A program made the translations under genes and the position numbers. From Nemertoderma westbladi (lineage: Eukaryota; Animalia; Xenacoelomorpha): 64,000 nucleotides of DNA. Location of the stretch: positions 1-64,000 of the forward strand of contig JAUCBJ010006617.1 in NCBI GenBank assembly GCA_032718475.1. Direction: 5' to 3'. Of this stretch, positions 37,830-48,688 are shown piece by piece; position 1 is the stretch's first letter; the number at the start of each line of letters is the position of its first letter. Under the pieces are notes generated by a model that was not told the origin of the DNA, did no database searches, and saw only the letters and a program-made list of their open reading frames with translations.

Positions 37830-38549
37830 TTAAATAATTATTTTATATTTTGTGCGTGGGAAGGGCGTCTCGCCCTCATTCCCACCCCCCTCAGTCCAAA
37901 ACTTTGGACGACTAAAAACTCTCACGTGCCCCTTCTTCCGGTAGGCACTCTCCTGCTGCCCTCCTATACGTCCTCTAGCTCTTCGCCACACTCTCTTCGG
38001 TGCCACCTTTACTGGCCTCCCCCTTCGTATGTGCGCTGGCATTAGGGCCCTCGACGACCCCCGCTCGTCCCTCGGTATACGCGGTGTCTGCCCGTGCAAT
38101 GCCCCCTCGCACTGTGTCCGTCCTGCGTGTGTATGCAACACGCCTCCTTCTACTTTCCCGACTCCCTTATGTTTGCTAATGGGCTTCTCTGCCCCTGGTT
38201 TAGTCCTTTCATATCCTCTCCCTTTCCAACACTCTCCGGATCTGTGTCCTTTTACCACACATCGATGACATAGTCCGTTTGCGTCTGTGTAGGCTACACG
38301 ATCTCGTTTGGGCAACGCTTGCCAGTACTTGCAACTCCTGGTCTTATGGGTTCCGTCCCGATGTAATTGACATTGGAATCCTGGATTATAGCGTTTCCTG
38401 TATAGTCCTTCACGTATCGCGCTTAGGTTTATATGTACCGATTTAATGTTTTGGTTGTCTAGACTCGGCCTACTGGGTATATTGGGATTGTGTTTATTTA
38501 TTGGTGTTATTTTCTTTCTGTCCCTGCCACGGTGTGGCCCTGCTACCAC
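37830..38549 (-). CDS. Gag C-terminal segment with BEL/Pao-type zinc knuckles
   Basis: CQLHRDGTHKTRSC-x~20-CHRCVVKGHRSGEC. It overlaps the upstream ORF in a different frame. Confidence 0.7.
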   Translation of the reverse strand: MVAGPHRGRDRKKITPINKHNPNIPSRPSLDNQNIKSVHINLSAIREGLYRKRYNPGFQCQLHRDGTHKTRSCKYWQALPKRDRVAYTDANGLCHRCVVKGHRSGECWKGRGYERTKPGAEKPISKHKGVGKVEGGVLHTHAGRTQCEGALHGQTPRIPRDERGSSRALMPAHIRRGRPVKVAPKRVWRRARGRIGGQQESAYRKKGHVRVFSRPKFWTEGGGNEGETPFPRTKYKIII

Positions 38550-40680
38550 CTAACTGTGGACTAGCAGTCCCCTGTACGGCCGCGTGTGGTGGTGACTGTC
38601 CGCACGACCTGCTCTCGTCCAGGGAGTTCGATGTTCTCGCTCCTATCGGGGTACATTGTCGATATTGTGATGGGGGAATGTCACCCTGTCCCCCCCCAGC
38701 CGGTATGTTTGGTACTGGGGTTGATGTTAATACATTGGGGCCCATACGTCTATCTCCAATAACTCCCCCCTCCCCTGGATATATGTTATGTCCCTGTGTA
38801 TTATAGTCATGCTGCTGTACCGATATAGGCCTACCTACCTCTCGCCTACCTACCGGTATGTACTCCGCGACTTCCGGGTTTAATCCCGTCGTTCGCGCTA
38901 CCCCATCGCCTACTCTATCTCTCCCAGCATGGCCTATAATAGTATGTGCAGTAAGGCCTACAGTATGTCCTGCAGTCTGCATGTGCCCTTCCGAACCGAA
39001 GTTTATTCTTCGCGAATCTCGAATCTCCCCGCGACTACTGCACTCTCGATCGGCAGCTATATCCCGTCGGGAAGCTTCTCTTCGATCCCCTCTCCTGTTC
39101 TCGTCTTCGTATTGGTACGTCCTGTACCCCTCTCTTGGCGTGCGGTGCGTTTCTCCGGGGCGACGGCAATCTCCCGAAGTTCGACCCCACTGGCTCCCTG
39201 ACTCCATCTCTACTATCGACGGTCCGTTATCCGTCCTCGCACTGCTATCGTTCGTGGCGACACTTCTTCTACTATCTTCTCTTCTTCTCTTTTCTGTGTA
39301 GTATTCCGGCTCGTGAGGTCTCTCGTCGACCTCCCGGTTAAACTCCACTGTTCTTCTTCCCTCTTCTGGTCGGGCTCGACGCTTCGTCTGCCCTCTCGCG
39401 ACGTCAACCTGCTTCTCTCTGCTCGATCGCACGCCGCTGGGGATACTCGCAATCCCCCTATTACTCTCCGTCGCCGGTTGTTGCGGTTTACCTATTTCGG
39501 CCCTCGCATTATCCGCTGACGTCTGCGGGACACTCTCTGCCCCCCCTCTCTCTCTACTAACTTCTCGCGGTGGGGTGCCCGTAGCCCCCCCCCACCCGCC
39601 ACTTCTAACTTCACTACCTCTTACTACACTTCTACACCCCTCTTGTGGGGCATTCTCTGCCCCCCCTCTCTCGCCACTAATCTTATGTGGTGGGGCGCCG
39701 GTAGCCCCCCCCCACTCGCCACATCTAACTTCAATATCTCTTACTTCGTCTCTACACCCCTCTCTAGTCGACGCGCTGTCTCTACTGCGGCCGGGTCTAT
39801 TCACCCCCGCCTCTCTCTCTACTACTGCGTGGCCCACCAGGCCTACTTCGGGTTGGCTCAACCCCGCTACCTCCTGCCTACTAACTGCGTGGCCTACCAG
39901 GCCGCCGTCGGGTTGGCTCAACCCTGCCACCTCCTGCCTACTAACTACGTGGCCTACCAGGCCACCGTCTGCCGGGTTATGTACGTCCGACACGCTCATA
40001 TTAATAGCACCATTCCCAATATTATTTGTTAAATCAATTAAATTATTAGAATTTGAAACGGGATTATTATTTAAATTATTTAAATTACTTAGATCACTAC
40101 TATTCTCTAAACTTAAATTATTATTCGAATTATTTTGCGGGTTTGAATTGAAATTATTGTTTAGAATATTTGTATTTAAATTTAAATTACTACTACCCGG
40201 TAAAATATTATTTCCTGTAATAAAGGGATTAGGGTTATCTACTACGGTACTATTAATATTAACTACTTCTGACGTACTACTACTACCCCCCCCGCCCGTA
40301 CGGCTACACCAGTTCTGGTTCTCTCGCCCGGTGTCTGTAAGTGGGGTCTCACTCTCTGACATTTCCAACCGCGCCAGTTCTCGTCGGCGCCGCTCCAGTT
40401 TGGCTTGATATTGCGCAAGCCCCCTTAGCTGGGCACGCAAATCATGTAAACTTTGCTCGGCCAACTCGGTATCTCTCGCAACCATCTCACGCCACGTCGC
40501 CGGCTCGTCCCCTACTCTCATCTCCCGCTCTCTACACTCCTTGACTCTCTCTCTATCCTCCCTTGCCCACTCTCTTTCTCTCTCCGACCATGCGGTTTCC
40601 TCTCTCAATCGTCTCTCTAACTCATCCTGCTCTGTCGCCACCATTTCTAATTTATACGCCATGCGTTTACTCTCTCGCAC
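38494..40680 (-). CDS. Gag-like middle segment: coiled coil, Asn-rich tract and disordered repeats; no recognisable capsid domain
   Basis: 728-codon ORF inside the LTR element. It is open from ~40749, overlapping the upstream ORF. Confidence 0.6.
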   Translation of the reverse strand: MRESKRMAYKLEMVATEQDELERRLREETAWSEREREWAREDRERVKECREREMRVGDEPATWREMVARDTELAEQSLHDLRAQLRGLAQYQAKLERRRRELARLEMSESETPLTDTGRENQNWCSRTGGGGSSSTSEVVNINSTVVDNPNPFITGNNILPGSSNLNLNTNILNNNFNSNPQNNSNNNLSLENSSDLSNLNNLNNNPVSNSNNLIDLTNNIGNGAINMSVSDVHNPADGGLVGHVVSRQEVAGLSQPDGGLVGHAVSRQEVAGLSQPEVGLVGHAVVEREAGVNRPGRSRDSASTREGCRDEVRDIEVRCGEWGGATGAPPHKISGERGGAENAPQEGCRSVVRGSEVRSGGWGGATGTPPREVSRERGGAESVPQTSADNARAEIGKPQQPATESNRGIASIPSGVRSSREKQVDVARGQTKRRARPEEGRRTVEFNREVDERPHEPEYYTEKRRREDSRRSVATNDSSARTDNGPSIVEMESGSQWGRTSGDCRRPGETHRTPREGYRTYQYEDENRRGDRREASRRDIAADRECSSRGEIRDSRRINFGSEGHMQTAGHTVGLTAHTIIGHAGRDRVGDGVARTTGLNPEVAEYIPVGRREVGRPISVQQHDYNTQGHNIYPGEGGVIGDRRMGPNVLTSTPVPNIPAGGGQGDIPPSQYRQCTPIGARTSNSLDESRSCGQSPPHAAVQGTASPQLGGSRATPWQGQKENNTNK

Positions 40681-40691
40681 CCGTCTTTCTT

Positions 40692-41513
40692 TTACGGAGG
40701 ATGTAGCAAACTTATCGGTTGCGACGGACTCCCGTCGCCCTCCGTCCCACTAACTTTCCCCCGCCTCCCGGAACTTCCTCCGACCGACGAGACCGAATCC
40801 TCGGAGTTAACCTCGGATTCGCCCTCCCCAGGTCTCTTCCAACCCACTAACTTAACTTCCCTGGCATCGACTAAGTATGGCCCTATGTACACTACACTAG
40901 GTTCCATACCCCCACATTCCCACAGTTTAAACAGTTCGAAGGCAACTCCCCACGCCCTCAACTCTGCTAGTTCTCTCTGCCCAGAACACACTAGGTGATC
41001 AAAGTATCTGTCCGACTCACCTAGTCCCTTTGTCATCCTGACCTCGTCTATTCTCGCCCCCTCCTTGGCCTCCTTTAGTAGTTCCCGGGTCGCGTTGTAG
41101 GCCCGTCGGAGTCGATCAGAAACCCCGACGTCCTCGTCGCCGACCTCTCCTCTGTTTCTCCGGGTCCGGCGTCGTACCGACGGCCCCACCGTCGCCGTTC
41201 CGGTGGACCGTTCGTCGTCCTCGGCCTGTGGCGGACCGGCGACATCGGTTCGTCGACCCTCGCTCCGCGTCGACTCGTCTTTCTCTTCTCCTCCCGACTC
41301 GTCTCCTCTACTCGACTCGCTCTCTCCTGGTAGACGACCCCCCACACCTTGGTTCGCCGTGTTGCTCGTTATCGACGTGGCGTCAACGTGCGTCGACGTG
41401 GTCGGCGTAGCATCGACCGGCGTCGTGGGTTCGTATCGTCTCGCCGTGGCCTCGCGGATCGTTAGATCGTCGTCCGGGGTCCGCGGCGGTGTCGTTCCTT
41501 TCTCTCGGCTCAT
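40692..41513 (-). CDS. Gag-like N-terminal segment (first ORF after the 5' LTR)
   Basis: The ATG lies 89 nt downstream of the LTR. The ORF is 273 aa, disordered and then helical. Confidence 0.55.
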   Translation of the reverse strand: MSREKGTTPPRTPDDDLTIREATARRYEPTTPVDATPTTSTHVDATSITSNTANQGVGGRLPGESESSRGDESGGEEKDESTRSEGRRTDVAGPPQAEDDERSTGTATVGPSVRRRTRRNRGEVGDEDVGVSDRLRRAYNATRELLKEAKEGARIDEVRMTKGLGESDRYFDHLVCSGQRELAELRAWGVAFELFKLWECGGMEPSVVYIGPYLVDAREVKLVGWKRPGEGESEVNSEDSVSSVGGSSGRRGKVSGTEGDGSPSQPISLLHPP

Positions 41514-41601
41514 CTCGCCTTTAGTAGCTGGTCGTCGCTAGCTAGGACGGTAGCTCTATTCTATCTCTGTCAGGGCAGCTGGGCGGATCTAGTTCTGTCA
41601 C

Positions 41602-42151
41602 TGTGACGGGATCTACGGATCCCGGTTTATCCGTTTGGGTTTTCTGCCCACGCGTCCCCGCCGTGTGTGAAAGGTAAAAGAGTTCTGATGTTGGGTAATA
41701 TGTATAAAGGTATAATAGTCCGACAGTTGATATAATATAGTATGACACAATAGGTAATATATAATGGCGGTAGCGGACGGTGACAGAAGTCCCCGTTCCA
41801 CCCTACTGATCTGACTGAGTAAACTGAATAACTGACCGGTATGATTACTGGTAACTGGTTATATTGCACGGTGGCCTTATTGCTACTCAATCGATGCCTT
41901 TCCCCCCTCTGATTGGTTGATACCCCTGTTGGCACCCTTTGCCCCCCTCTGAAGTGCTTCCCTTCGCCCTTGCTGTTCTCTCTCTTGTCAGGGGAGTAAC
42001 CCCTGACCCTTATTGTGTGTGTCTCCTTTGGGGCCTATTGTCCCCGTTTACTGGGCTGACACGAGGTTGATTGGTAATCAACCTCGTGCTCCCAATATTG
42101 CTTTATGGCTCACTCTATGGGTTTGTGTTAGCGGAATTGGATAAGCTAACA
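41602..42151 (-). repeat. 5' LTR (550 bp)
   Basis: Direct repeat of 35305-35857 with TGT...ACA termini. Confidence 0.95.
41830..41863 (-). promoter_or_regulatory. Putative LTR core promoter: TATAA plus Inr TCAGTT
   Basis: Minus-strand TATAA (41863-41859) lies 30 nt upstream of the A of TCAGTT (41833). CCAAT lies further upstream (~41912-41916). Confidence 0.5.
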
Positions 42152-45100
42152 ATAGTACACAGTAACACTGCCTAGACTTACAAACCGGAACCCATGCTGG
42201 TTGGGCTGTGTATAGTAGTACACAGTAACACTGCCTAGACTTACAAACCGGAACCCATGCTGGTTGGGCTGTGTATAGTAGTACACAGTAGCACTGCCTA
42301 GACTTACAAACCGGAACCCATGCTGGTTGGGCTGTGTATATGTAACGATAGTACACAGTAACACTGCCTAGACTTACAAACCGGAACCCATGCTGGTTGG
42401 GCTGTGTATATGTAACGATAGTATACAGTAACACTGCCTAGACTTACAATCCGGAACCCATGCTGGTTGGGCTGTGTATATGTAACGATAGTACACAGTA
42501 ACACTGCCTAGACTTACAAACCGGAACCCATGCTGGTTGGGCTGTGTATATGTAACGATAGTACACAGTAACACTGCCTAGACTTACAAACCGGAACCCA
42601 TGCTGGTTGGGCTGTGTATATGTAACGATAGTACACAGTAACACTGCCTAGACTTACAAACCGGAACCCATGCTGGTTGGGCTGTGTATATGTAACGATA
42701 GTACACAGTAACACTGCCTAGACTTACAAACCGGAACCCATGCTGGTTGGGCTGTGTATAGTAGTACACAGTAGCACTGCCTAGACTTACAAACCGGAAC
42801 CCATGCTGGTTGGGCTGTGTATAGTAGTACACAGTAGCACTGCCTAGACTTACAAACCGGAACCCATGCTAGTTGGGCTGTGTATAGTAGTACACAGTAA
42901 CACTGCCTAGACTTACAAACCGGAACCCATGCTGGTTGGGCTGTGTATATGTAACGATAGTACACAGTAACACTGCCTAGACTTACAAACCGGAACCCAT
43001 GCTGGTTGGGCTGTGTATAGTAGTACACAGTAATACTGCCTAGACTTACAAACCGGAACCCATGCTGGTTGGGCTGTGTATATGTAACGATAGTACACAG
43101 TAACACTGCCTAGACTTACAAACCGGAACCCATGCTGGTTGGGCTGTGTATAGTAGTACACAGTAGCACTGCCTAGACTTACAAACCGGAACCCATGCTG
43201 GTTGGGCTGTGTATATGTAACGATAGTACACAGTAACACTGCCTAGACTTACAAACCGGAACCCATGCTGGTTGGGCTGTGTATAGTAGTACACAGTAGC
43301 ACTGCCTAGACTTACAAACCGGAACCCATGCTGGTTGGGCTGTGTATATGTAACGATAGTACACAGTAACACTGCCTAGACTTACAAACCGGAACCCATG
43401 CTGGTTGGGCTGTGTATAGTAGTACACAGTAGCACTGCCTAGACTTACAAACCGGAACCCATGCTGGTTGGGCTGTGTATATGTAACGATAGTACACAGT
43501 AACACTGCCTAGACTTACAAACCGGAACCCATGCTGGTTGGGCTGTGTATAGTAGTACACAGTAGCACTGCCTAGACTTACAAACCGGAACCCATGCTGG
43601 TTGGGCTGTGTATATGTAACGATAGTACACAGTAACACTGCCTAGACTTACAAACCGGAACCCATGCTGGTTGGGCTGTGTATAGTAGTACACAGTAACA
43701 CTGCCTAGACTTACAAACCGGAACCCATGCTGGTTGGGCTGTGTATAGTAGTACACAGTAACACTGCCTAGACTTACAAACCGGAACCCATGCTGGTTGG
43801 GCTGTGTATAGTAGTACACAGTAACACTGCCTAGACTTACAAACCGGAACCCATGCTGGTTGGGCTGTGTATAGTAGTACACAGTAGCACTGCCTAGACT
43901 TACAAACCGGAACCCATGCTGGTTGGGCTGTGTATATGTAACGATAGTACACAGTAACACTGCCTAGACTTACAAACCGGAACCCATGCTGGTTGGGCTG
44001 TGTATAGTAGTACACAGTAGCACTGCCTAGACTTACAAACCGGAACCCATGCTGGTTGGGCTGTGTATAGTAGTACACAGTAACACTGCCTAGACTTACA
44101 ATCCGGAACCCATGCTGGTTGGGCTGTGTATAGTAGTACACAGTAACACTGCCTAGACTTACAAACCGGAACCCATGCTGGTTGGGCTGTGTATATGTAA
44201 CGATAGTACACAGTAACACTGCCTAGACTTACAAACCGGAACCCATGCTGGTTGGGCTGTGTATAGTAGTACACAGTAGCACTGCCTAGACTTACAAACC
44301 GGAACCCATGCTGGTTGGGCTGTGTATATGTAACGATAGTACACAGTAACACTGCCTAGACTTACAAACCGGAACCCATGCTGGTTGGGCTGTGTATAGT
44401 AGTACACAGTAGCACTGCCTAGACTTACAAACCGGAACCCATGCTGGTTGGGCTGTGTATATGTAACGATAGTACACAGTAACACTGCCTAGACTTACAA
44501 ACCGGAACCCATGCTGGTTGGGCTGTGTATAGTAGTACACAGTAGCACTGCCTAGACTTACAAACCGGAACCCATGCTGGTTGGGCTGTGTATATGTAAC
44601 GATAGTACACAGTAACACTGCCTAGACTTACAAACCGGAACCCATGCTGGTTGGGCTGTGTATAGTAGTACACAGTAACACTGCCTAGACTTACAAACCG
44701 GAACCCATGCTGGTTGGGCTGTGTATATGTAACGATAGTACACAGTAACACTGCCTAGACTTACAAACCGGAACCCATGCTGGTTGGGCTGTGTATATGT
44801 AACGATAGTACACAGTAACACTGCCTAGACTTACAAACCGGAACCCATGCTGGTTGGGCTGTGTATAGTAGTACACAGTAACACTGCCTAGACTTACAAA
44901 CCGGAACCCATGCTGGTTGGGCTGTGTATATGTAACGATAGTACACAGTAACACTGCCTAGACTTACAAACCGGAACCCATGCTGGTTGGGCTGTGTTAT
45001 GTACGTAGTACACAGTAGCACTGCCTAGACTTACAAACCGGAACCCATGCTGGTTGGGCTGTGTATATGTAACGATAGTACACAGTAACACTGCCTAGAC

Positions 45101-45426
45101 TTACAAACCGGAACCCATGCTGGTTGGGCTGTGTATAGTAGTACACAGTAACACTGCCTAGACTTACAAACCGGAACCCATGCTGGTTGGGCTGTGTATA
45201 TGTAACGATAGTACACAGTAACACTGCCTAGACTTACAAACCGGAACCCATGCTGGTTGGGCTGTGTTATGTACGTAGTACACAGTAACACTGCCTAGAC
45301 TTACAATCCGGAACCCATGCTGGTTGGGCTGTGTATATGTAACGACGCTAGGTGGCGTTCCAATCATATCAGTTATAAGCAAGGTTAACAATATATATAT
45401 GGATTTAAACTTAAATCGAGCAAAAT
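42152..45426. repeat. 70/63-bp satellite, right arm, ending in the 81-bp sequence also found in the internal interruptions
   Basis: Same unit, resuming in register after the TSD. 45346-45426 equals 29409-29489. Confidence 0.99.
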
Positions 45427-46127
45427 AAGTAAACTAAAACCGCAAAGAACACTTTTGCGTTAACAAATTGTCATATTGGGAGACGTATTGAAATTACGAT
45501 TAAGAAAAAATTATGTATAATTAACTATTTTCTCCAAATATTTTTTTAAAACTTTTCATAAAATATAAAATTTTTCTGACCTTACATGTACAAAAGTATC
45601 TTAGACCTATATTCCACATTATAGCCCAAAACTAACCATTTTGAAGCACCGAGAGTGATAAATCGAAAATTTGTCTGAAACCCCCCCCCCCCCCTGCCTC
45701 AAAAACGCCATTGTAGATTTATAGAGCTAATTAAAAATATATATTTTTGCAGTTCATATTTATACTTTAATATTAATAAACAAATAACCACTGCACAGAG
45801 TATACTGGAACTGTTCCACAATAAATGTCCTATACTATATTGCATATTTACACGATCGTCACTATTATATAATAAATAATAATTATTCATTAAACATTCC
45901 CCTATTAACACCATCCCTTATATTACAAGGAGCCACGTAGTGGCTCGAAGATGAATTCATTACTTTTGCTACCTCTGTGGTATTGTATCGCATTGTCCAA
46001 TCGACCGACCGTCTGTAGCTGATCTCTGTAAATCAATCGGTTTAGGACGTGAATTAAATTTAAAGTTTCCAAGGCAACCAATAAAACCCCATGAGTATTT
46101 ACCTCCAGTTAAAATTCGAACGTCAGT

Positions 46128-48256
46128 TGCACCACCTAGAGGAAGCGAAATAATTTATTATTAAATTAGTAATATCTGACTCTTTGCGCCACCTAGAGGA
46201 AGCAAAATAATTTATTATTATATTAGCATTAGTTAACTCTTTGCGCCACCTAGAGAAAGCAAAGTAATTTATTATTCAATTAATATTAGCTGACTTTTTT
46301 TGCACAACTTAGAGGAAGCAAAATTATGTATTATTAAATTAATATTAGCCGATTCTTTTTGCGCCACTTATAGGAAGCAAAATTATTTATTATTAAATTA
46401 ATATTAGCCGACTCTTTGCGCCACCTAGAGGAAGCAAAATTATTTATTATTAAATTAATATAGCTGACTCATTACTCCACCTTGAGGAATCAAAATAATT
46501 TATTAATAAATTAATATTAGCTGATTCTTTGCGCCACCTAAAGGAAGCAAAATTATTTATTATTAAATTAATATTAGCCGACTCTTTGCGCCACCTAGAG
46601 GAAGCAAAATTATTTATTATTAAATAAATATTAGCTGACTCATTGCGCCACCTTGAGGAATCAAAATTATTTATTAATAAATTAATATTAGCCGACTCTT
46701 TGCGCCACCTAGAGGAAGCAAAATAATTTATTAATAAATCAATATTAGCCGACTCTTTGCGCCACCTAGAGGAAGCAAAATTATTTATTAATAAATTAAT
46801 ATTAGCCGACTCTTTGCGCCACCTTGAGGAATCAAAATAATTTATTAATAAATTAATATTAGCTGATTCTTTGCGCCATCTAGAGGAAGCAAAATTATTT
46901 ATTATTAAATTAATATTATCCGACTCTTTGCGCCACCTAGAGGAAGCAACATTATTTATTATTAAATTAATATTAGCTTACTCATTGCGCCACCTTGAGG
47001 AATCAAAATAATTTATTAATAAATTCATATTAGCTGATTCTATGCGCCACCTAGAGGAAGCAAAATTATTTATTATTAAATTAATATGGGCCGACTCTTT
47101 GCGCCACCTAGAGGAAGCAAAATTATTTATTATTAAATAAATATTAGCTGACTCATTGCGCCACCTTGAGGAATCAAAATTATTTATTAATAAATTAATA
47201 TTAGCTGATTCTTTGCGCCATCTAGAGGAAGCAAAATTATTTATTATTAAATTAATATTAGCCGACTCTTTGCGCCACCTAGAGGAAGCAAAATTATTTA
47301 TTATTAAATAAATATTAGCTGACTCATTGCGCCACCTTGAGGAATCAAAATTATTTATTAATAAATTAATATTAGCCGACTCTTTGCGCCACCTAGAGGA
47401 AGCAAAATAATTTATTAATAAATCAATATTAGCTGACTCATTGCGCCACCTTGAGGAATCAAAATAATTTATTAATAAATTAATATTAGCTGATTCTTTG
47501 CGCCATCTAGAGGAAGCAAAATTATTTATTATTAAATTAATATTAGCTTACTCATTGCGCCACCTTGAGGAATCAAAATAATTTATTAATAAATTCATAT
47601 TAGCTGATTCTATGCGCCACCTAGAGGAAGCAAAATTATTTATTATTAAATTAATATGGGCCGACTCTTTGCGCCACCTAGAGGAAGCAAAATTATTTAT
47701 TATTAAATAAATATTAGCTGACTCATTGCGCCACCTTGAGGAATCAAAATTATTTATTATTAAATTAATATTAGCTGACTCATTGCGCCACCTTGAGGAA
47801 TCAAGATTATTTATTAATAAATTAATATTAGCTGATTCTTTGCGCCATCTAGAGGAAGCAAAATTATTTATTATTAAATTAATATTAGCCGACTCTTTGC
47901 GCCACCTAGAGGAAGCAAAATTATTTATTATTAAATTAATATAGCTGATTCTTTGCGCCACCTAGAGGAAGCAAGATTATTTATTATTAAATTAATATTA
48001 GCCGACTCTTTGCGCCACCTAGAGGAAGCAAAATAATTTATTAATAAATCAATATTAGCTGACTCATTGCGCCACCTTGAGGAATCAAAATAATTTATTA
48101 ATAAATTAATATTAGCTGATTCTTTGCGCCATGTAGAGGAAGCAAAATTATTTATTAATAAATTAATATTAGCTGATTCTTTGCGCCATGTAGAGGAAGC
48201 AAAATTATTTATTATTAAATTAATATTAGCCGACTCTTTGCGCCACCTAGAGGAAG
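46128..48256. repeat. 57-bp satellite, ~37 copies, GC core GCGCCACCTAGAGG in an AT-rich spacer
   Basis: Unit CTTTGCGCCACCTAGAGGAAGCAAAATTATTTATTATTAAATTAATATTAGCCGACT. The left-hand copies are more diverged. Confidence 0.98.
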
Positions 48257-48688
48257 GACATACTCTTTTCTAAATCAAATTGGCATGTCATTACCGAAAA
48301 GTTGCGTTTCGACCGCAAAAAAATATTATAGATCCATCCTATAATGCCATTAGCAAATAGGTGTTACGAATTGTATGAAAAATATCCTCATATCCTCTAA
48401 TCTATATTGGGTTCTGTGCAGAATGAGTAATTACATCGGTTTATCATAATATATGATATGTGATAAACACTCACAGACTCACTAACTATCTCTCACTCAC
48501 CAATATATATAATATCATCAATATTTAATCCAACAGAATCTCCTTTAGATCTGCCGCTAATAGCTTCTCCTCTGTCAACAATCAAAGAACCTCGTTTTCC
48601 ATTCCTAAAAATAAAAAGTCGAACTACATTTTGGTGGACAGGTTTCCAGTAATCGCATTTACAGATAATTATAGCATATTATAATATA

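Larger units (their letters stand above)
35305..42151 (-). mobile_element. Structurally complete but pol-less (non-autonomous) LTR retrotransposon with BEL/Pao-like gag
   Basis: Two TG...CA LTRs. 5-bp TSD ATAGT at 35300-35304 and 42152-42156. PPT (minus-strand GGGGGGGAG) at 35858-35866. Gag Cys-His motifs are present, but no PR/RT/RH/IN motifs. Confidence 0.92.

Noticed and set aside
28732-45391. Dozens of MLLCTIVTYTQPNQHGFR ORFs
   Set aside because: These are translations of the 70/63-bp satellite.
47548-47961. ORFs with 19-aa repeats on both strands
   Set aside because: These are translations of the 57-bp satellite.
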